Below are positions 14,349 to 26,908 of a DNA stretch of 64,000 bases, piece by piece. The notes beneath the pieces are model-generated. The model was given only the letters and a program-made list of their open reading frames with translations, was not told the origin of the DNA and searched no databases. The translations under genes and the position numbers were made by a program. The first letter of the stretch is position 1; each line of letters opens with the position of its first letter. Origin of the DNA: Rhynchobatus australiae (lineage: Eukaryota); NCBI GenBank assembly GCA_034780895.1, contig JAUZTB010000065.1, positions 28,516,131-28,580,130 of the forward strand, written 5' to 3'.

Positions 14349-16624
14349 GAAGAACAAATTAGAAGGTGCTGCCATCAAATTCACCCTTAAAGGACAACTG
14401 GAATTGAGGTATTTAATTTTTCAAGCTGGGCCCTGGTTCAACATCTTGTCTGGAAAGTGATAAGATTCACAATGCAGCATTTCAACATAGCTTGAGAATC
14501 AGAAGCAAATGGTTCTCAACTGACAATGGTGACATAAATAGAAGCATGACCACAACACAGCAGTGCTAGAGTGGAGTAAAAGATGAGAGCAGGAGTTTTG
14601 AACAGAAGTTGAGGGAAGAGTATGAATGAAAACAGGGCAGAACACAGAAGATATTGGAGGTATTTGGAACATTGGAGTGGGTGGCAAAGAATGGCTAATG
14701 ACAGAATAAAATTTGAGTACAGTCCCACAGTTAGAAGAAAGACAAGTAATAATGAGATACAACAAGCTCGCAATTTAGCCTTTAGAATGAAAATCGTTCT
14801 CCAAATTGCAAGAGGTAGTTAACACTGAAGAGGACTGCAACAAGTTTCAAAGTGAATAAGAATGGGCATTTAATTGAAAAATGAATTTCAACATGCACAT
14901 AAATGAGACATTTACCGTGCAGCTAAAAAGATGAAATTACATATTAATGCAAAGAGAATAAATGTTGTGGAAAAAGGATTAGAAATAGAAATATGCCAGT
15001 TACTAAAAGTTATGATGACAGTCAAGGAAGTAAAAAACCAAACAACAGTTTATTTGGCAAAGGACAGATCTGAGAAGTTATGCTGAGCTTACATCAGAAC
15101 TTGTTTTACCAGGGAAAGGATAACTTCCCTATATGGCCTGAAAAGGACCAGATTCTACAATTTTGAACAGTATTAGCTATCTGGAAAAAATGAACTCTTC
15201 TGAACTGTGTGAAAGGACAAAATGTTCCCTATCAGTCTTCCTTATCTATGTATCCAGTAAGCTTTCCTATAATTGATCCCAAAGAAAACCATATTATTTA
15301 TAGTGGTATGGTTATACCAGATCAGTAGCCCAATTTATCATCCACAACAAAATGGCTCACAGTTAAATACCTTCTGAATTGTCCTAACAGATCGCACAAT
15401 TTAAGTAAATACCAACCAAAGCAGCTCACTACCACTTTCCGAAATTGTGGAAGTTTAAGTCTTGTTGTATTTCCATGTGAAATGTTTTTGTCACCACAGC
15501 ACTCCTCTATTGATCTCAAGTTCTCACAGATGCCACTATTTGATTTAGCAGCTGCAATCTCACATACTGCTCTTAAAAGGGACAAACCAAATACAGGTCA
15601 TATTCTTGGAGCTACTGGTGAGTGTTGCTACTGAAAGAATATGGCAATGATAGATGTGTGGCAGAGTACCCCATGAGAATTAGAATGTCCTGGATAGACT
15701 AGAATAATGCCCATAGAAGGCAACTTTACTTGACAAGAGGACCACAGAGACCCAACTGCTTCTGACAGAAAGGTGTCAGGAAGCTCTCTTTAGGGACTGA
15801 TACGACAAATGCTGGGCAAACCTGCAATGGCTGTGCTCTTGTAGGTCAAAAGAAAAATATGATATCTTCTCATCTTGACAATGGAGTTTGGATAACCGAT
15901 CAATGCAGCAAAGAGCAGCAAACTGAAAAGTAATGGAGATGGAAGCTGACTGGAATCATTCCAAGGCTAGAAAGCCAAGAATGACTGTGACATTGATCTC
16001 TCGAAGAAAGCAGTCCAGGCACGAGGGTGTGTTTGAGGTCATAGAAGAGGACAATGAACACAGATGGCCCTTTAACTCTCACCAGTTCAGGGGGAAATGG
16101 GATTAGTAAAACCTGGTTGTTGTAAGACAAATGCTTGTGCGTTCCACTACCACTGATTTCATTTGGGGAAATTTTATGCCCAGAATAAGGGAAGAGCACA
16201 AGGAAACTTCCCAAAGAGGCAGATGTCAAATTTGCCAATGAGTGTCAAAAACCCAGATATTGGCATGAAATTGCTCTATCCAGGTTAAGCCAACATTCAA
16301 CAGCCCAGTAACATTTTTCTGTGTGTTGTGCAAAGGAATTTTTATGTCTCAAGATTTATTTCTTTTACCATTGCCCCAGTGGATCTGCCTAATAGCAAAC
16401 AAGACGACTGTGATAAGTGCTTTTACTTTTACTTCAGCCACACTTTCAAAATTGGTAGCATTGGTAGATAATTTCACCACTGATAGAGGAAATCCACTAT
16501 GACAACAGACAATTTAAATACAAAAGCTTGAACAATCATGTATGGGTTTTTTTTGCCCTANNNNNNNNNNAGTAAATCAACAATACCAGAAAACAAGAAT
16601 GAGCACAGCTAAAGCCATTAAAGG

Positions 16625-16955
16625 TCAAATGGGTAGTACTGCTTGGTGAACTGCCACCTCACAGCTCCAGCAACCCAGGTTTAATCCTGACCTTTGGTGC
16701 CGTGTGGAGTCTGCACACTCTCCCTGTGACCACATCAGCTTGCTCTCTGTGCTCTGGTTCCCTCCCACATTCCAAAAATATTCAGATTAGTAAATTGACC
16801 AAGTGTATAAATGAGTGGTAGAATCTGGAGAAGGGGAGTTGATGGGATTGAAGGGAGAATACAATGGGTTAGGGTCGGATTAGTGTAAAAACAGGTGTTT
16901 TGGGATCAGCACAGACTCCATGGGCCAAAAGGTTTGTTTCCATGATGACTCTCTA
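16625..16955 (+). mobile_element. Near full-length HE1/V-SINE
   Basis: tRNA-like head (gccacctcacagctccagcaacccaggttt), V core (ctctggttccctcccacattccaaa) and a LINE-shared tail (gggccaaaaggtttgtttccatgatgactct). Confidence 0.8.
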
Positions 16956-17773
16956 TCTGGCTCGTTTTATCTTATGGAGCCTTGTAAAATCTCATTGCCC
17001 ATTACTCAATCTAATCTACAAGTTGTTGATGATGCAGCCTTCACCTCTCACTCATCACAAACTAGTTCTTTGTCCTTTTCTCGTTTCACATTCTCAAGAA
17101 ATGCAACAGGGCCAGGAAGACCCAGAAGACAGTGATGATCAGAACACACCACTTACTTTCATCTTCAGAGCCACCAGATGAGGTAATGATACATCTCTGA
17201 AAACAGCACTGAAGCAGTATTGGTATTTGGTGAGACAATGGATGCAACTGCAGTGTAACTAGGGTGGGAGAATAGGATAGTTACTGGGGCCAGCTGGCCA
17301 GGGTGAGAGTCTGCACAAAAGTTCTTCGGTGAGGATCTCAATAGATTAGATATTGATGGGTATACAACAAAACTATTCATGCTCAAATTTAATGTCAAAG
17401 AAAATGCAGTCCAACATGGAAACCTCTGTCCTAATGGTTGATACTTTGGATTTTGATGATCAACTCTGTTGAACTTCTGGGGTGAACTTAGGAGACCCAC
17501 ACTGGCAAGGCAATCACTGCCATACTTGCTGCAGATGAAGGCAGCAAGCCAAAGTGGTACAAACTTCGTGGGCTCTGCTTTCTCTGCTCAGCCAGCTGTA
17601 CTTTCCACTTCCTCTTCTGATACTCTGAGCAATCAGTCTTTAGAGGCCCTGGCTGTCTGCAATTGTCTCTTAGTTAACCGAACACTGCCATCTTCACATC
17701 TTGCCTTCATTTGTCTTTATACTGGAGGTATGGACACCCAGCAAAATGTGACCCAGTGGCCAGTTCACCTTAC

Positions 17774-18281
17774 AGGTTAATAATAGTTTCAGGTATTCTG
17801 GCTGCAGAAACGTTAACAAAATTCCACTTCATGCTGAAATTAGCATGCCCCTTAATGCAGTTATGTCCAAGCTGAACAGGAGAATGTGGACCAATGTTCT
17901 CTTGAAGAAGAGGCCATCATTGATCTGATAAATGTGGCTAATCCATTGAAACACTATTCAATTTGTAATGAATGAATACTGATAGACAGGACTTCTAAGT
18001 TGGAGACCCTGCCAAGAAGAGTCTGAGGGAGTAAAATTGGAAACTGTTAGCCTTTTTTCATGCCTTGCATACATTATCTAGACCTCACAATTGTAGAGAA
18101 GTGTGATCAGGGCAAAGGCATGGTAGATTTGCAGTTTAGTGTTCTTCGTCAGGTTGCTGTTGGTCCACATTCTCTTGTTCAACTTGGACATAACTGCAAT
18201 AAAGGGGCATGCTAATTTCAGCATGAAGTGGAATTTTATTAATGTTTCTGCAGCCAGAATACAAGAAACTATTATTAACCT
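17774..18281. repeat. Long inverted repeat: ~121-bp arms (17774-17894 and 18160-18281) with a 265-bp spacer
   Basis: Manual alignment of the left arm to the reverse complement of the right arm gives about 7 substitutions and 1 indel. Confidence 0.92.
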
Positions 18282-18540
18282 CCAGTATCACATTAATAAT
18301 GTTATTTGATGGTGACATGTCAGCATTCTGGTCCCTGATGTTCATCTTTCCGATATGATGGTCATTGTGTGCATGAGAGAAACTAGCATTTCGCTGCTGG
18401 AGATGTTCCTCAGTTCAGCATCATTGTCTTAAAGCAACTCCCTGAAAACCAGGCACACTTTTGTTTTGGCTCTCAAGCAGGTAGGGTTGAACAACTTTCA
18501 ATCAGTTCTGGTGTATAAACAGGCACCCATATCCACAATA

Positions 18541-18644
18541 TACTGAAGGGTGCATGACAGCAGCAGTGAGAAGAGTACTGAAGGGTGCATGACAGCAGCA
18601 GTGAGATTACTGAAGGGTGCATGACAGCAGTGAGAAGAGCACTG
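18541..18644 (+). repeat. Minisatellite, ~3 copies of a 32-35-bp unit
   Basis: tactgaagggtgcatgacagcag(cag)tgaga(agag) repeated three times. Confidence 0.92.
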
Positions 18645-19779
18645 TCAGCAAAATCACTTTTCAAGGAAGAATAATGAGGGAGGGATTAAGAAGACACTAA
18701 TAAGATCACAGGTCATTCTGAGATCAAGAGCTAGTATTATCCTTTGATAAGTGAAAAATGGAGAGCAGTTTATTCTCCACCAAGATTTAGATTTGAGTTG
18801 AAAGACTACAGCTAGCAAAATGCCCAGGGGGCAGAATAAGATTGCAAAGGAAGATTTGTGGTCAAGTTACTAAAAACAGGTTTGGCAGGTGTCCAAAAGT
18901 ACCATCTGTAATAGTGCATTTACATTAGTGTGAAAGACAAACAGATATTTCAAACTGATCAAAATGGTAGATTTTAGAAACAGTTGTGTCAATTGAACCA
19001 AGATGTCACACTAGATCTCGCAGAACAATGTCAACTAAGCTAACACAAAATGATGAATAACTAAAAATGTTATTAAATTCAAGGGAGAAAAAGTCTACCT
19101 TTATGATCTTACTTCGCAAATTGAATAAAGTAACAGGATCTCACATATACCCATCTTAATTTGCATCTAGAAGCAGATTAAATGTTTGAGATACATTTAT
19201 TCAGAAGATAAAATAGCTCTATTATTTGGTGAAGACATAGTTCAAAAAGTAGCCTGAAATCAATATTTTCCAACAGTTTTTAAAAAGAGTCCCTGATCAG
19301 AAATTTAGAAACAGTTCAGACTGTCAGTCCACTGTCAGAATGTCAGAGTTTCTGCAGTCTATAGCCAAGTTACTGCTTTCAAACCAATCCATCTTATGGA
19401 ACTGTTGCTATAGTGAGGCTGGCAGGCCATTGGGAGGTACATCACAGCGAACAGCAAGTGTAACTGCAAGCAGTATGTGAGATGAATGCAAAGTGCAGAC
19501 CAAGCCCAGCATGATCCAGCCCATTGGGCTATATAAAAAAATAAACGCAAGAGATTTCAAACTGGGTGCACAAGAAAACTTTTCACAAGTTGTGAGGCTA
19601 CAGAATTTGCATCAGCATTTGTAGCCAAAGTAGAAAAGATGTCAATAACAAAATCCATCTGGATGCTGTCGAAGAGATATTGCAATGAAGTGGGTAACTG
19701 TGATTTGTATTGTTTGGCTGGATGGAGGGCTAATGCTGGCACAAACCCTGGACAAGTTTATTTTTTTACAAAAAAAAAG

Positions 19780-19950
19780 AAAATGCTGAAAACACTCAGG
19801 TCAGACAGCATCCGTGGATAGAGAAACTGTCAACCTTTCAGGTCTGCGACCCTTTGCAGACCCAAAACATTGATTGTCTCTTTCTACAGATGCTGTCTGA
19901 CCTGAATTTTCCCAGCATTTTCTTTATTTTTTCAGTTTTCCAGCATCCTT
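19780..19950. mobile_element. Short palindromic Penelope-like (pLTR-derived) element
   Basis: aaaatgctg...tcaggtcagacagcatc is mirrored by gatgctgtctgacctga...cagcatttt. Confidence 0.6.
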
Positions 19951-20784
19951 TTTTTTTGCATTATTCATTTCTACACATTTTTTCCTCACATGGTATTTGA
20001 CTGCTAACCAATGTCAGGAACATGGTAAGCATTGAACCTGATGACACATTTAACTAGAGGAAACTGCAACTGATCCACAATTCCACACATAAAATCTGAT
20101 ACACTGAGGCAGACAAGGAGTTAAAAGAGGTGGTGCTAAGGTAGAACAAGTATGATTAACAGACATTCAACCTGACTTCGTGCATACCACTTCAATGGGG
20201 CACAAATTTACCCATGTCTGTATTTCCTCTGCTGCCAAATTATCCCACAATCCATCCCCCTCTCTCTATTCCATAAGATCTGTGCACTCCCTCTCCTCTC
20301 ATCTATTGGCCTCACCATCACTCACAATAATGCTCCCTCTCCTAACAATCACATCTCCATCTAGCAGCCTCTTGCTCCCCCACAATTAGATGGTCAGATT
20401 CCCTTCCTCTTTCTTACAATCAAATAAGTACACCGTCTCCCTGTGTCCAATAATTGCTCTTACCCCTATTTCTTTGTCTCATAAAGCAACATTAATAGAG
20501 GTCATGGGGGAAGGGATTGGGGATTGCTGGGGGGGGCGGGGGGAGGTGGGGTAGGGTGAGGTGAGGTGGAGAAGAGGGAGGCAGCAAAAAGGGAGGTAGA
20601 GGGTGCTGAGTAATAGAATTGAGGTGATAATGGAAGTTCAACACATAGATGAGAATTTCAAATTTGTGTACCAGGGTAACTTCGAATGATTATTTGCAAC
20701 CTGCAATTGATGGAAGGGAATATTGTGGAGGGCTGTTGAACTATGAATGAATTAAAACAGAAACTGACAGCTCGCAAGGCAAAT

Positions 20785-21705
20785 GGACACAAGACACTGC
20801 AGATGCTGGAATCTGGAGCAACAAAAGATCTGCTGGAGGAACTTAGCAGGTTGAGCAGCGTTAAGACTAAGCAGTGAGGGGAGATAGCTGGAGGAGGGGG
20901 CCCGTAGGTGGATAGCAGACTGAAGAGAGGTGAAGGATGACAAGCAGATGGAGCCAGGTGGGGGGAGGGATGTAGTTGGGANNNNNNNNNNNNNNNNNNN
21001 NNNNNNNNNNNNNNNNNNNNNNNNNNNNNNNNNNNNNNNNNNNNNNNNNNNNNNNNNNNNNNNNNNNNNNNNNNNNNNNNNAGGCCCAGAAAGGTTATAG
21101 ATGATATGTGGAACTCACATTTTTCTGCCTTCACAAACAGCTTGTTCTCCAGGAGCCTCTACAGAACTGCCTTAACATGTCCTGTGTGTTGAGAGGGGTC
21201 CTTGGAGAAAATCAAGATGTCATCCAAATAGACAAAAACAAACACATTTAAAAAATCCCTTAACACATCATTGTTAAGATTTTGAAAAACAGCANNNNNN
21301 NNNNNNNNNNNNNNNNNNNNNNNNNNNNNNNNNNNNNNNNNNNNNNNNNNNNNNNNNNNNNNNNNNNNNNNNNNNNNNNNNNNNNNNNNNNNNNNNNNNN
21401 NNNNNNNNNNNNNNNNNNNNNNNNNNNNNNNNNNNNNNNNNNNNNNNNNNNNNNNNNNNNNNNNNNNNNNNNNNNNNNNNNNNNNNNNNNNNNNNNNNNN
21501 NNNNNNNNNNNNNNNNNNNNNNNNNNNNNNNNNNNNNNNNNNNNNNNNNNNNNNNNNNNNNNNNNNNNNNNNNNNNNNNNNNNNNNNNNNNNNNNNNNNN
21601 NNAGACAAAAGAAAAGTGTCTCCACTTTTTACTTTCCCTCCCCCAGTTGGCTCCAACTGCCGATTTTTTTAAATCTGCCTCCATCATCCACCTGCCTCAG
21701 TCCAA
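20785..21705. mobile_element. Penelope-like element remnant with inverted ends, interrupted by gaps
   Basis: Starts gacacaagacactgcagatgctggaatctggagcaac. Purine-rich left part (gatggagccaggtgggggaggg) and mirrored pyrimidine-rich right part (ccctcccccagttggctcca). Confidence 0.55.
21082..21294 (-). mobile_element. Ty3/gypsy LTR-retrotransposon reverse transcriptase fragment (one in-frame stop)
   Basis: [69 protein letters not shown] contains the YLDD catalytic motif and the KCEF...FLG motif. Confidence 0.92.
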
Positions 21706-23229
21706 CTTATTTTGTCAAACAAGAAAGTTACAAGTATATTACAAAATACCAGTCCTGTCGCAGTTATGAAAACTGCAACCACACAGTTAAGGGCTAAGAA
21801 AATCTACCTAAAATAAAGGTAGATTTCATACCATGGGGAGTAGTTTCATTTATTTTAATATTTGCCATTTTGGCAAAACCACTGATACTGTTGCCCACAT
21901 AAAAATGTCACCTTTGTTAGATTATTTCCTAAGGGTTAAAGTAGGAGAACAGCCTTATATGCTTCAAATAAGTTTTCTTAACGTCTTAAAATGCATGCAG
22001 AATTCAAGCTAGAATGTGAAGAAAACTTCGAATGTGCATGAAATATTTTTAAATAAACAAGACGACATGCTTGAAACAAAAAATTATTCCTCCATTTTGC
22101 ATAGATATTATGCCCATTTTCTAACATCATTACAAATCATCTCCCTTAGCCAAAGTATCATTTAAATTATTGAAAATAAAATCCATAATAAAATTATTTC
22201 AGAGATCATACCCTCTTGTTTCTAGATTGGTCTGAAAGAACTGTTTACCATATTTGGTCTGAAATAAGGCTCACAAACTTTTGTTTAGGTTTTCAGCATT
22301 GTGCCAATTACTGTCATGTGATGATATTAAATCACTGCCTTTTAGTTGGCTGTGTTTTCATTTATTGCAGCTAAGCAGGACGTGGCTTCAGATTTGGAAT
22401 TTTAAACACCTTTCCCTTCAAGAAAATTCAAATCTTTTGTTCACACATTTAAAAAGCCACTTAAATCATTTGCTAAAAGCTAAATGCTTAACTTACATCG
22501 ATCAATATGCACCAAATGTAAACTGCTTTTTGTTTTGCAATTGCTAGTGCTTCTGCCCTTGGTGTTAGTCACATATTGTACTCAAATCAAATGCATACAA
22601 TGGGATGAGAGTAACCATGACTGCACACCAAGATCATCTCTTTTAACTCAAGCTCTGAGAAAGTTGCAAGTAAAACAATGACAGATATTCCATCATAAGC
22701 TTTCCACCAACAAACACATTTTAGAAAATGTAACTGAATTCTGACAACAGATGTGCTGGGTGTGGTGGTTCAGCTGTGTCTTAATTGGTCATTTTTTAAA
22801 AATCAACTTCAAGAGCCCTAAACTTCTAAAGTAAAATTTTCAGACCTTTAAACTAATTTTAAACCTCACTTTTGGCAGAGAATCACAGTGTTCCCAAATT
22901 TCAGACGATGTTGTACAAAGAAACTTTGGTGATATACCTGCTCCAGTCTTCTGTACAGCATATGGATCAAATTTCTAGACCACAAAATGTACATTTCCTT
23001 AACAGTTAATAACAGTATTCATCTTCATGTGGAATGCTTGCTTTTACCTTGCCATAATTCTGTTAAGATCATTTTTTTTCATTTTAATCCCTTCAGGCCA
23101 CATTGTCACCTTCAGTAGAGAAAGCACATCCTTGGGCCCTGAGCTACTTAAAACCTGCCCAGCAATTAAGTGCATATTCTCCAGAGCCTTCAGAATAGCT
23201 TTCCCTTTTTTATTCATTTTTTTGGGGAT

Positions 23230-24430
23230 CAAAACATTGCTTTTATTGACCATCCCTAATTGACCTTGAGATGATGCTGGCGAGTTACCAGTTTGAGAGG
23301 CTGCAGTTCTTGTGACGATGAAGAGATATATCCTAAATATGGATTACATGCTACTTGGAGGGGAGTATGCAGGCAGCGGTATTCTGATGTGCATGAAGTT
23401 TTTGTCTTGCAAGGTGGTAGAAGTCAAGTTTGGAGGTGCTGTTGGAGTTACCAAAGTAAATACAATGCATTTTGCAGATAGTACACATGACAGTTACTGT
23501 ACATTAGCAGTGGAGGGAATGGTGGTGGGGTGGTGGATGGAGTACTAAATGGGCTGTTTTTCCTCCTGGATGAAGATGGAGCTATACTAATCGAGGCAAG
23601 TGGAGAGTGTTCCACTATTCAACTGATGTACCTTCCAGATAGTGGAAAGGTTTTGGGGTGTCAGGTGAGTCATTCATGTCATCTTCTGACCTTCTCTTGC
23701 AGCCACAGTACTTGTGGCTGGTTCAGTTGAGTTTCTGGTCGAGGCTGATTGTGCAGTACTCAGTAATGATAATGCCACTAAATATTAAGGATAGTTGGTT
23801 GGTTAGACTCTCCCTTGTTGGAAACGGGCAATGAATGGTTATTTTGTGGTGCAAAAGCTACTTCCCATATCAGCTCATGCCTAAATGTTATCTGAATCTT
23901 GCCACTTTCTTTGCTGAGGAGTCTTTTGTGTGAGGCACAACTCCAATCTTAGAAATGTTTTCCCCTCAATTTGCAGTGACATCAGTTTTTAATGGGGCTC
24001 CACGTTGCTATAATCAGTCATATGCTGCCGTGATGCTAAGGTCAGTCACTCTTACCTCAAGTGTGGAAATTAACTCTTTGGTCCCCATTTGGGCCAACAC
24101 TGTAGCGAAGTCTGGGACTGAGAGGCTTGCAAGAGACTCAATCTGGGCATTAACAAGTTGGCAATTGGTGAATGGATGCTGTTTGATAGCAGTGTTCATG
24201 ATGCCATTCACTTTGCTGATCAAAGTCGACTAATTAGGCAGTAATTAGCTGGTTCTGATTTTGTCCTGCTTTTTAAGAACAGGACATAATCTGGGCAATT
24301 TTCCAGAGTGTCATATTGATGCCGGTTTTGTAACTGTACTGAAACAGCCTAGCTAAAGCATAACACAGTGGTACAACTGGTATGTTGCTTGGTTTTCTGA
24401 GACTTTGCCATACCAACGCTCTCATCTATT
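23230..24430 (-). mobile_element. Decayed LINE, same family as 53725-54020
   Basis: ttattgaccatccctaattgaccttgagatgatgctgg and cagatagtacacatgac...cagtggaggga are the reverse complement of the 3' region of that family. Confidence 0.55.
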
Positions 24431-26321
24431 TCTTGNNNNNNNNNNNNNNNNNNNNNNNNNNNNNNNNNNNNNNNNNNNNNNNNNNNNNTCTGGGAGATTG
24501 GTGGTCTCACATGAGGATAACCATGACAGATTATCTGCTTGGCACTTTGGCCTGAACATTGTTGCGATGCTGCAGATTCTTCTTCCATACAAAATTGCTG
24601 ACCCCTGCCCTCACTGGAGCTGGGGACGGAACTGGAGCCACCTCCTCCTGTTAGCTGTTTAAATTTGCCCAACTCCTATAGTTCGCACAGCAATTTCCTT
24701 TATTGCAATGAAGTTGGAGGATGAAAGAATCAACAGTCTGTGGTACTCCACATTGGTTTCTATTTAAGCAACTTCAATCCACTCTCCAAGTAAACTGAAG
24801 ATGGGCAATAAATATGACCATGCCATATTGGCCATAGTGTGAGGACCAATTGAAAAATAATTAAATATAGAATATAAACAAGGAAATGTGTGTTATTCCG
24901 AATACTCAGTTAAAATATCAAACAAGTCAAATCAGCATATTTACCAATAATAAGTGTTTATGGTGCATGAACCCACTCAACCTAATCAGATTAATTCAAA
25001 TCTCAACAGCTACTTGTAAAGCAACTTTCCTCAAATAACTTTCCTTCCCCTTTAGGACAAATTCTAAACATGAATCACAAAATAAGTACCAGTTGAATTA
25101 TCAAAGTACATGATATTACACTGAGAGCTGCTTCTGGGTCTCAAAACTCCTGGCCAGTACAGAGAATGTGTTACAAACTGTGTAATGGCAATTGCTTTTA
25201 TTCAGTATTCATTAGTAAAGTTAAGGTCATATTTCTACTGTCTCCATGGATTTTTGGTAAGAAAATAAAGCACATTTATCAAGCACAACTGATTTTAGTA
25301 TTCAAACAGTAGATGTTGCTGTTCCAGCTGATAAAGCAAATTTGCCCATATTTGTATTAATGCTATCAATGTTTTCAAAGTTATCCCTAATCTGAGTTAA
25401 ATGCTATTTGATAAAATGTCTGAAAGTAAATAATTAATCACATGCAGTTGTACTCTGGCTGTGGATTTTTGCTTTTTTCTTGTACAATATATAGAAATCA
25501 AGGGTGACATGAGTGAGGCCTTCAAGTCAACTGTTACATATGCACCAATTATCGAGGAGTTGATGCATCCACTGATCAAGATTACATTCTCCACCACCAC
25601 CCCCTCCCCAAACATTTAGATGATATTACAAGCTCATGTTATAGTACTTCTGGTTTATACGGTGACAGCTAATCAAGCTGAGCAACAATGAATAATTTAG
25701 CTACATGTACTCAAATCAATTCTTAGGAGTGAATTATTTAATAACTCATCCATTCTCAATTCAAAAGCTTTACAGATCACGAAGAGCACTTCAAAAATAC
25801 AGTTCAATTTTTGCTAAACTTTAATGGCTGCGGGAAGGAATTCTACTTTAAGCTTCATGTTTATATACTATCACTTTTAAGGATTGTTTGATCTGATCAA
25901 ACTGTGTTGTAATCTTTCAGTGCTTACACACACTTGATTTTCCTATATTGAAACAGATCCAAAAGCCAGAGATATGTTCTGCATTTCTATTTCCTAATAT
26001 TGACACAACTTCAGTGACATGAGAATGTCAGATCTGACTGTCCTCATCTCAGTAATCCCTAAACCAGTAGAAGTATCTGTGAAAAGCATTAATAATATCG
26101 CACTAGCTACACTTACAACCAGTTGTCAAGTATAAATTCTGCTTTATAAAAATCAGGATGCTGACAACGGACGAACATTTTGGATTATTTAAACCAGCAT
26201 AAGTATTTAAAACAGATCAACTCAGCTTTCACGGCAACAGCTTTAGGTGAAAAAATATTCTTTATCTAAGTTTATATTATTCAGTTCATTACACAATTAA
26301 AAACTAATCGACTCTACTTAC

Positions 26322-26908
26322 CTCCTCCCATTCTGACTGAAAGGATGGTGATTTTTCTAACCGTTTCTTCACTGAACTGCAGTTTGAAAGAGACTCACTG
26401 CGACTTCCCAGCATATCCTCCTCAGACGGAGAACGGGTAATGAGATCAGAATCTGATTTCGACAAACTTCTTGCTAATTTAAGGTCCACTTTATCCTTTC
26501 CACTCGACCGCACTCTCCCCAAAGTACATGTCTGTTTTTCTACTCCCTTGCTGAATAAAATGTCTTTATGTTGCACAGGCTTGGAGTTTATTAAAATGTC
26601 TGGTTCCGTCTGGTTGATGATGGTACGAAAGTTACTATAGATTACCTGCTGCCCTTTTTGCTCAACAGTATCTGCTGCAGCAGAGTTCTTAATGTCAGTG
26701 TTCTCAGCTTGCCCTGTTGCACAATGTTGACTCTCTGGCAACTCTCTGTTTTGCATCGCTTCAGTTTCCACTCCCCCTTTGCTCAGAGCAGCTAGCAGTG
26801 TGACTGGATCCTCCTGAATCTCACAGATTGGAGGTGACCCATGTAGAAGACCCGAAAACTGTTCTGGAATGTTGACGTCCTGAGATTCAATCTCACTTTT
26901 CATGTGAC
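26322..26908 (-). CDS. ANKS1A: ANKS1A (Odin) internal coding exon, 587 nt, linker region upstream of the SAM domains
   Basis: Translation contains IPEQFSGLLHGSPPICE, LKLARSLSKSDSDL and GSRSESLSNCSSVKKRLEKSPSFQSEWEE, matching recalled vertebrate ANKS1A motifs (PEQFSGLLHGS; LKLSRSLSKSDSDL; RSESLSNCS..KKRLEKSPSFASEWDE). Acceptor is tttttgttttgctcctgaag|GT (phase 1) and donor is GAG|gtaagt (phase 0). Confidence 0.92.

Noticed and set aside
15690-16260. Possible Tx1/L1-like remnant
   Set aside because: No diagnostic motif could be read with confidence.
18541-18644. CRISPR-like repeat array
   Set aside because: Units are contiguous with no unique spacers, there are no cas genes and the context is vertebrate.
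1-26321. Next ANKS1A exon (expected IEKIMSSI-like start) and SAM-domain exons
   Set aside because: Not found by eye on the minus strand. Probably beyond the window or in a gap, though a small exon could have been missed.
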